Below are positions 55,290-64,000 of a DNA stretch of 64,000 nt, piece by piece (positions within the stretch are counted from its first letter, which is position 1; every line of letters begins with the position of its first letter). Source of the DNA: Ruditapes philippinarum (lineage: Eukaryota); assembly GCF_026571515.1 (NCBI RefSeq), contig NW_026861555.1, positions 124,001 through 188,000 on the forward strand, given 5' to 3'. The notes below the pieces were generated by a model. The model had not been told where the DNA came from. It did no database searches and saw nothing but the letters and a program-made list of their open reading frames with translations. Position numbers and translations under genes: made by a program.

Positions 55290-55636
55290 TTAAAGGGACT
55301 CCACTGAGGTTTTTTGAAATGACAGGACTGAAAATATTTTTTTGAGATTATTACTCCATCTGATGTAGGTCTACACCAACAATTTATGAGCAAACTTTCA
55401 GATCATTAGCTGGCTTCGTTTTTCCAGAATAATTGTTTTAATTGTCAAAAATGACCTAAACGCTTTTCACTCAAATCTGACTGAGAATAACACAAACATA
55501 CGATTTTCAGTGTATTTCTAGGTATATTTCTTAATTATCTTTTGTATCTATTTCCGTTTTAGGTGCACCAGTTGATCTATGTGAGAAATTAAAATTCATG
55601 GTTTTAGGCTTATGAACCTCAGTGGAGTTCCTTTAA
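55290..55636 (+). mobile_element. Non-autonomous TTAA-flanked DNA element (Kolobok-like)
   Basis: TTAA-AGGGACTCCACTGAGGTT ... AACCTCAGTGGAGTTCCT-TTAA. Confidence 0.8.
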
Positions 55637-55816
55637 GTCATATTTAGGCAAGGTATTTTTTTATTCATTTAATAACAATGCTTAAAAGTTATTTTTGTGC
55701 TTATTAAATAATATTATGTGTGTATATTTATAATAATACATGTATTCTTACTTTGCAGTATTCTTTATGATAAAGTACATTTAAAGGTAGATTTAATGTA
55801 CCTTTTATTCATGCAT

Positions 55817-55913
55817 GCATTAACATCGGCAGAAGCACACAGACACATTTAAGACCAGAGCCCACAGGGCCAGAGATTTAATAATGTCTGAGTGCTTCTG
55901 CAGATGTTAATGA
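55817..55913. mobile_element. ~100-bp hairpin element (family B), second copy
   Basis: CATTAACATCGGCAGAAGCAC...GTGCTTCTGCAGATGTTAATG. Confidence 0.65.
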
Positions 55914-56649
55914 GTGAACTAAACTTTCTTTGTATTAAAGATGTGCAAAATAGTTATTTTATGTTTCAGGTCCTTCACATTTATATGACTTCATCTCAGT
56001 GCATCCTTGTGTTTGCCTAATAATGTCAAGGACATGTGCACAAATTTTGCATCTGGGTGCCAAAAAGCAGTTGCTCTCATGTTTCTACCATGATAAGTTT
56101 TTATTTTGTAACAAAACGTAGCAGAAGACTTTTCCAATCGATTTATACACAGTAATGACATTTTTGCACTGAGGTGAACATTATTTCATCATATCTCCAC
56201 TATTGGCATTTGTTTTTAAAATAGTCTAATCAGCTTGAAGCTTTTCGATAATTATCTGTTTCACGGGGGGGGGGGGGGGGGGGGGGTTTCAGACAGATAA
56301 ATAGAACATATACTAACTGATGTCTCATGTAACTTGCTTATCCTTTTTATGCCCCCACTAATTAGGGGATGAATAGATTTACCCTTGTCAGTTTGCCCTA
56401 TTCTCATGCTGTCCTGAAAATACAGTGGAATGTGCAGGCATTTATATAATGGACACATTTATAATTGAAATATTTTAGGTTTATTTTAAGGTTTTCTATT
56501 ACGCTTATGTTATTGTGTTTTGTTAGTAGAATGATGTACACTTATATTTTTTTAAACATGCTTAGATATTTTTTCTTCAGTGTCAAAGTCTTGCTTCTAG
56601 TCATAGATATACGAAACTTTAGGATATGTGCGATTTTGTGTGTATTTCT

Positions 56650-57021
56650 TTAAAGGGACTCCACTGAAGTTTTTTGACATGACAGGACTGGAAATATTTT
56701 TTCGAGATTATTGTGCCATTTCATGTAGGTCTAGACCGATAACTGATGTGAAAAATTTCAAATCATTTGCGTACTCCATTTTTTTTCCAGAATATTTATT
56801 ATAATTTTGAAAATGACTCAAAATTGGAAAGCATTGTAAAGCTTTTCACTCAAATTGGTTTAAGAATATTACAAAATATGATTTTCAAAGTTATTTCTGG
56901 GCATATTTCTTAATGATCTTTTGCCTGTCTTTGTCTTTATGTTTTGAGTGCCCAGATTAATCTATGTAAGACATTACAGTTATATGTTTTAGGCTTTTGA
57001 ACCTCAGTGGAGTTCCTTTAA
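56650..57021 (+). mobile_element. Second TTAA-flanked Kolobok-like element
   Basis: Same TIRs and TTAA flanks as 55290-55636. Confidence 0.8.
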
Positions 57022-57691
57022 GTTTGTTTTTTCTGTACATTTTATATTTTGATATATATTCATGCTGTCATTTTATCATAATTAGATGATTAAGAAATTC
57101 AGTGCTTTTTGTCTAATCAAAGTAAATCTTTGATGAAAAAGTAAACTACATGTATTCAACTGAAGGTGAAATATTTTTTTCCTGTAAAAAAAACTGCATT
57201 AGGCAATATGTATGTTTCGCCTTAAGTGAAGAATGTCTTCGTTTTTCTTTTAAAATGAAAATGTTTTATTTTCCTGAAAATCCTCTTTTATCATGTTTTT
57301 TTTTGCTATAAAAAGGGAGAAAAATAACAATAACAAAAAGAATCAATGCATATTTCTGGTGAAGACTATTAAAGCCTATAAACAACCGGTTAGTTGCACT
57401 CATTTAGTGGAGAGTATTTTATTTTTTACCAGAAAACATTTATGTTAAACGAACATCATTTTTGTTTTTGGCAATAAACAACTTTTAAAGAGAATTTATT
57501 AAATTTTTGGCCAATGAATTTTTCAAAGACATTTTTGTTCCATTTCATTTCTATGTATGAAATTTGGCTGAGAATTTTATGCAAATCTGTATTATCATAT
57601 TATTTTGTAAGTCAATAGCTTTGCCTCTACTGCTACAAGCTCTCTATTTCGAATTCTGTAGTTGTTTTACATATTATATTGGTTATCTAAA

Positions 57692-57829
57692 TTGAGCGGC
57701 GTCACGACAAAACCAACATAATGGTAAGCGAACGGCATGGATCCTGATCAGACTGCGCGGATGCGCAGGCTGGTCTGGATCCATCCTGGTCGCAAACCCA
57801 TTATGTTGGTTTTGTCGTTACGTGGCTCT
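57692..57829. mobile_element. MITE family A with most of the left arm deleted
   Basis: Left terminus fused directly to the core and right arm. Confidence 0.85.
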
Positions 57830-58056
57830 TATCTATTAGCTTTTGTTTTTGATTTCTTTATTGTCTATTGTTAAACAATTTTGTCTGTTCATACATTCCA
57901 TATGTGCATAATATAACGTCTTATAACATTTAACACATGATAGATAGAAAAATAAAAAATATTAGATATAAATAGATGTTTGGTGTCTACTGTGCTCCCT
58001 TTCCGGTGGTCCTGTGTTGCTGAGTTGTGTTGTGGGGATGCATTCAGTTATTACTT

Positions 58057-58262
58057 GTTTGCGACCAGCATAGATCCAGACCAGCCTGCGCATCCGCGCA
58101 GTCTGATCAGGATCCATGCTGTTCGCTATCAGTTTCTCTACTTGTAATAGGGTTGGTAAGTGAACAGCATGGATCCTGATCAGACCGCGCGGATGCGCAG
58201 GCTGGTCTGGATTAATGCTGGTCGCAAACCCATTATGTTGGTTTTGTCGTGACACGGCTCAT
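58057..58262. mobile_element. MITE family A, left-truncated
   Basis: GTTTGCGACCAGCA...GACACGGCTCAT. Confidence 0.88.
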
Positions 58263-60817
58263 ATAGAGATTTCAAATTTCAACCAGTGTAACCCGCAGTA
58301 TTCAGATATTTCATATACCTGCATTTTGTTTGTACCTTACGTCAATTATGATACTTATAATAGATTGAAATTTGCAGTTATTTGATGAGAATTTGTCATA
58401 TGTCCATCAGAAGTACTACAACATTTCAAGTATTGAATGTAAATATTAAATAAAACTGTAATATTGTCCAACTTATACATGAACATTATATACCAATCGA
58501 GTGCAATTAACATCATATGATGTTTAGATAGACAATTCAAATGTCAAAATCTAGTTGCTTCAGTTCCAACATAAACAATATATACTTTATATGCAGAGGC
58601 ATGTATAACAGCTCTTAATATAGATGTTACATGTAGGTATCTGCAGAAGTTAAATATAATTGTAGCGCATATGATTAAATGTATCAACTAACTGATTTAG
58701 ATAAATAATTAATTTATATAAAAGCGCGGTCTCCTAGTTGACTATGTAACACATTGAATACCGCCCTACTTCGTTAAGCTTTGTTTTTATATTCTTCTGT
58801 ATTTTGTTTTAATTTTGAAAAAGAAAAATGAAAAAAAAAGAAAAAATGGAAAAATTGAAGTCATCCACCACAGTCAAATTGAAAGTTGTGTTTGCTTACT
58901 TTGGTTGAGCCTGTCCATAGTAAATGTATACTATCCTCTACGCCCCCTAGCACCGCCCCCTAGCACCGTCTTAAAAATAATCCAACAACTGACTATGAAA
59001 ATTGTAAGCTCAATAGAATTACGTAAAATTTACAAAGATGTTCAGAGTTGAAGTAAGTTGAAGCATATAATTGTTTGAGCACATAATTTAAAAGGTCAGT
59101 TGCTAGATCTTTAGGTACCACAAGTGTTTCAGCTGTTGATTAAGGTGATCTTTCTCCAGTATTAGTAGATTTGCAAAGGTTGAAGAAAAAATGTATACAA
59201 ATTTTAGTAACATTCTCTTCATTTCTATGACTTTTTATTGTTAAAAATACGAATATCACAGCAGAACATTTATACTTTATTTCTGACTTGGGCTCAGTGC
59301 CAATTATAATAATATGCATGTGTAATGATATATTTGTAAGATGGTTACATAAAATTCAAATGCACTCTATATAAATCAAGCTAGAGAAAAAAAGAAAGTC
59401 ATTTTGTATTAAGATATAAGTGAGCGCCTTAAAGTATTCATTTTTTGTCGTGTTATTATGACCACAAAACTTAAATCGCCCCAGCAAAGTTTGAAATCCG
59501 CATCGAGTAGTTTCGTTGGGTCTTCTTTTTTGTACGTTTAGCCTGTGTTTTATGTGCTCCTACTGTAAAATACACACATACGCTTGCATCCCCCTTTCTC
59601 TCCCTATAAACATGTGCTTTTTTGGAGTATTCACCTCCATGTACATTTAAGCGGAAAACTTGTGGTCTCTCCATTTATATGATTCAAATATTTGTCTTGA
59701 ATAATAGAACCTATATATAGATCTTACGATGAAAGGTAGTGGAATTATGGTGGCTGATTTGGTACACTTTGCCGTTTGGCGCTTTGTCATGCTGTCGCGA
59801 GCGACAACACCACGCTCAAAAGGGCCATAGGAAATAAAAGTTAAATGTGTTATATTAGTTATGTTATGTTGTTATGTTTTAAATATTGTGAACATAATAT
59901 TTCATATTTTAATTCTAATTTCAATAATTTACATTGTTTAACTTGGAAAAGGAAAACGCGGCCAAAATTATAATAAAACTGGACCCATTAATGCTTTACA
60001 TTGGAGCATCCTTTTGAGCAAATGCTGGAAGTGTTTTGGTTTACAATTTAAGACGGATGAAACAAAGGATATTGCCAGTACAGATCCCTCAGTTTTTTTT
60101 TACCATAAACCAAACATAATTTTATCATTTCCGTTACATTAACCCTAAAAATTGTGCGTTTAGTATCGTGTTTTAATTAGAACTATCATTTGAATTTTCT
60201 ATCGTCTTACCAGAAGAAAATGGGCGATCAATGATAATCAACTAAAAATATCTAACATGTGACCATGTACGATAAACCTCGTTTTGCAAATAAATGATGT
60301 CGTCTTTAAAGATAAGTAATTCGCATTTGAATTTAATAAGTATTAATTTTTGTTTCAAAACTATTCATATGACGAAAAAACTGGCTCAGTGGGTATGTTC
60401 TGCTATGTTTTTCTAAGTGGAAAGCAATGAAATCTACTAATATTTTAACATGCATTTTAAAAGATATAACTTTCAAATTGTGTATAATATAAAAGGATCA
60501 AATATTAATTCATTAAGTTTTATTTGCAACAGAATGCCTACATTTTCACTTTTTGATAGGTATGAACGTTATTTTAATGATGTATTTAGGAGCTGCTTAT
60601 CTCTGTTAATAAAAGGTGTTTCTCTTTCATTATCAAGTCATCTAAATCACATCACTATATACTTCCGGTAGATGATACAGCAAGTTCTCATACTATCTAT
60701 AGGGAATATAAACCGCACTGCGTTATCTTTCAAAAATACTATTCACAGCATACAAATCATTAAGTAAATATTATATAATTTATTATATGTAAAATGTCAA
60801 TAAAATCACGTATCGTT

Positions 60818-61760
60818 TACAAGGGTCATTCAATGAGTTAAGCTGCTGAATTAAAATTTTGTTACTGCTACGTTTTATAAAAATGTTTCTATTTCATAAC
60901 TACAAAGTAGTTTCCCTCTACCTGGATGTATTTTTGTAATCTTTCTGTCCAGTTTCGAAAACCTGATAATCAATCTTCTTTTGGAATCTGTTACAGACAC
61001 CGATTAACTGCACTGCCAAGGAAATTGGATGTATATCTTTTACCAAAAAGCATTTTATGCCTTGGAAACAGAAAGAAGTTGCAGGGACATAAATCAGGAG
61101 TGAAATGCAGATGGATTAACATTTTAACATTTTCAGACGCCAAGAAAGACTGAACAAGCTTGCTTTTGTAAGAGGAAGCATTGTCATGTGTAAGATGAAC
61201 TCTTGACATCCTTTGCTTCGATGCGTCTTTTTGTAAAGTGCTTCCTATCTTTCTAGATTGTTTTCCAGAGACCGTGTGACCAGAAAGCCAAGGCAGACGA
61301 GCGACTTGTCCACTGGAGTTTATTAATTTGCATACAATAACTTCTTTGTACTTTCTTTTGACAATGCAGGGTATTTTATATCTTTTCTCAACCATTGCTT
61401 GTTATCGGCCCTTCTTGAGGCTCAAACATATGCATCTTATTTTCAACACCTGTCAGCAAGTTAGAAATACCTGATTATCACAGTCGTGTGTTTTCAGAAG
61501 TTTTTTGGCATACTTCAGGCACTTTTTCTTTTCTCCCTTTGTTGCGCAAATGGGCAGAAGGTCAAAATTAAATAAATTCTGCCTTCTGGCAGGCCAATGC
61601 AACTGGCTATCTCCATAACGAACAATGGTGCACACGTTCAACTATAACCTTTCACAAGGGCAATATTTGAAATGATATCCAATGTTGTAGACATACCTGA
61701 ATGGTAGGCATCTTTGACAGACACCTTTACAGCTCTGAAAGCTTTGAAAGCTTTAAAAAC
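60818..61760 (-). mobile_element. Decayed mariner transposase relic
   Basis: HDNASSY and HFTPDLCPCNFFLFP resemble mariner HDNAxxH and HPPYSPDLAPxDFxLF; TIR-like TACAAGGGTCATTCAAT at 60818; frameshifts; far boundary uncertain. Confidence 0.8.
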
Positions 61761-62515
61761 CTAAGAATTTGCGCTTTAATATACATAAGGTTCGCATATG
61801 ACACACAATTGTTGCTAATGCTAATGTAGCTTCAAATTTCAGTTGTTTTGTTGTCCACTATACAATCTATTTAGTAAATTGGTATGTATGTATACATGTA
61901 TTCAGAATTGAAATATCCTGGTCATTTTACATACAAATTACATGAAACAAACCGTTATAGTAAGCTATTGAACACCTCATTGCATAAAACTCATATATCA
62001 ATTAAGGTAATAACTTATAGAACAATCCTCATATACTATGTCTATAAATATAAACACATAATTTTCGGCGTAGTATATATTCGATTTCTTGTTATCTGTT
62101 ATCTCTGATTGAACAAACATTATTTATACTTACGAACCGTTTAAGTCAGGTTGAAGAACAAAGATTAAAAAAGAGGTAAGCATTTTGTTTTCACTTTGAA
62201 ACTTGTGCCTGTATTGTTATTTAAGATTAATTATTTATTCAATTTTCTCCGATAACAGTAAAAATATCAGCAGACATTTCAACATATGATAATACTGATC
62301 AAGATATTTTGTATATAAGCTTTAGTTGTATTCATAAAGTCTATTTTTGAAATTCTAAATGTTTGGTACGCAACTAAATACTTGTAGAGTAGATTTTTAT
62401 ATAGGCCTACTTTACGTTTTTTTTTTTGAAAAAAAAAGACATAAAAAAACAAACAAAAACACCACAACATCTAATAACACTGACTTATAATGAAACATTG
62501 TTATGCAGCAAAAAA

Positions 62516-63346
62516 ATGGCTTTGGCGAATGAAAAGGCGTCTCTATCAAATATTCAGTTTGATGACATGTGTGTAAAGTCACCTCAAGATGGCAATAACT
62601 GCGTTATTTCTGGAATAGCATCCCTGTCTCCTTTAAGACTGGTAATCGCAGATAATGGGAACAGTTCTGTCAAGTTGTTAAACGTCAGTGAAAAAACGAT
62701 TTGTGACCAAATAAGCTTACCGACAGCTCCATGGGATATTGTGGCCATTTCTGATGAAAAAGTCGCTGTTACATTACCAAACACTTCCAGCATTCAAATA
62801 ATCCGGGTCACCGCTGACAAACTTGTCCTTTCACAGTTAACACGTGCAAGTGGAAATTGCGCTGGAATATGTCGCTTCAAAAATAACCTTGTTGTCACTT
62901 AACCCGACAGAAGAGAGATAGAATTCATGGATTTAGAAGGAAAGCCCATACAGAGTATCAAAGAATGCGGAAAAAATCGAGCAGGAAAACTATTAAAGCC
63001 ATTCTATATCATTGCCGATGACCGATTTATTTATGTATCTGATAAAGAAGGCCTGGTTTTCAAACTAAACGGCGAGGGAGACTTCAGAGATAGTTATGAG
63101 GGCTTAAACCAACCGAGAGTCATTGCAATCTTTGACAACGGTTCTATTCTAGTAAGTGAATACGAGACTGGAAAAATAAGATCCATCAAATCCGACTTTT
63201 CCAGTGATAATGTATTATTGGAGAATCTTGAACGTCCATGGGCGGTATGCTGGTGCAAATATACTGGAAAACTGTTTGTTAGCTTTGACAGACGAGTTGC
63301 TGCTTTAGACAACTTTGTCAAAATTTTCGATGTTAAGACGGCGTAA
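62516..63346 (+). pseudogene. NHL-like beta-propeller (TRIM-NHL C-terminal type) with one in-frame TAA at 62900-62902
   Basis: Blade motifs VIADNGNSSVKLL, PWDIVA, PFYI..IYVSD, PRVIAI..GSILV, PWAVCW; ORFs 62426-62902 and 62927-63346 are in the same frame; candidate upstream donor AG|GTAAGC at 62176 and acceptor TATGCAG at 62508. Confidence 0.75.
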
Positions 63347-63609
63347 AATGATACAAGATTCAAACTCACTGAATCCCAGAAATATGCCGAAAGTTTTAAT
63401 TGCACCTTTAAGATCGTTACATTTTTCGGTACGAATTCAAGACTTAAAAACTTGTCAATATGTAAGTTAAACACTCGTTCACAAGGAAACGTTAAAGGTT
63501 ATTTTATAATAATAATATACATAACCAGCAATACAGACTTTGAAGTTCGATACATTATTGCAACAATGTTTATAGGTGTAAACAGCTAATATCATATATG
63601 TGAATTTAT

Positions 63610-64000
63610 CAAATTAGACAGATTATTTTGACAGCAATGCTTACATGGAGAAACAGCTCATATAATGTATTTGGAGATTTAAAATAACTATTTTAACAAC
63701 AAAATTCATGTATTAAATTCTCGTTTTATATTTGGAGTCTGACAGGGTTCTACCGATCATTCAACAATGTTTGTATATATAAACAGTTTATTCAATACAT
63801 GTACATTTAATATATCAGACAGATTATTTCAACAATGTTTAAGTATAAACAGCTCGTTTCATATAATTATGTGCATTTAATATATTAAACAGATTATTTC
63901 AAATGTAAAATTTTCGTATTAATCAGATTAATCATGTAAAAACTACTCATTTACTTTTTTAAGTGAAGTTGTCTTATTTAATATATTATTTCAACAATGA
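63610..64000. repeat. Degenerate AT-rich tandem repeat (ACAGATTATTT/AACAATGTT motifs)
   Basis: Recurrent motifs at roughly 60-70 bp spacing. Confidence 0.5.

Overview
AT-rich, intron-rich animal DNA. The repeat families suggest a bivalve mollusc (inference). I traced splice sites and reading-frame phase by hand. (1) A giant mucin-like gene on the minus strand starts at about 35466 and runs off the left edge. It has at least 23 coding exons and about 4,400-4,500 aa in-window: a signal/anchor N-terminus, a chain of symmetric phase-2 small exons, several Ser/Thr exons each with its own repeat unit, and a Cys-basic-G[HT]LxxLA[EDQ] motif present three times with an intron at the same position each time. 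(2) A head-to-head plus-strand gene of 470 aa (9 coding exons, one GC-AG intron) with coiled coils and repeated RPxS[AG] motifs. (3) An NHL/beta-propeller ORF interrupted by one in-frame stop. (4) A full-length, apparently intact CR1/L2-group LINE with a 12-bp TSD and a 2A-like GDVHPNPGP leader, inside a mucin intron. (5) Many non-autonomous elements: 9 hairpin MITE copies, a hAT with an 8-bp TSD, Helentron-type HINEs carrying satellites, TTAA-flanked elements, SINEs, and decayed LINE and mariner relics. Several short homopolymer-inflated patches look like assembly errors and break the mucin frame.
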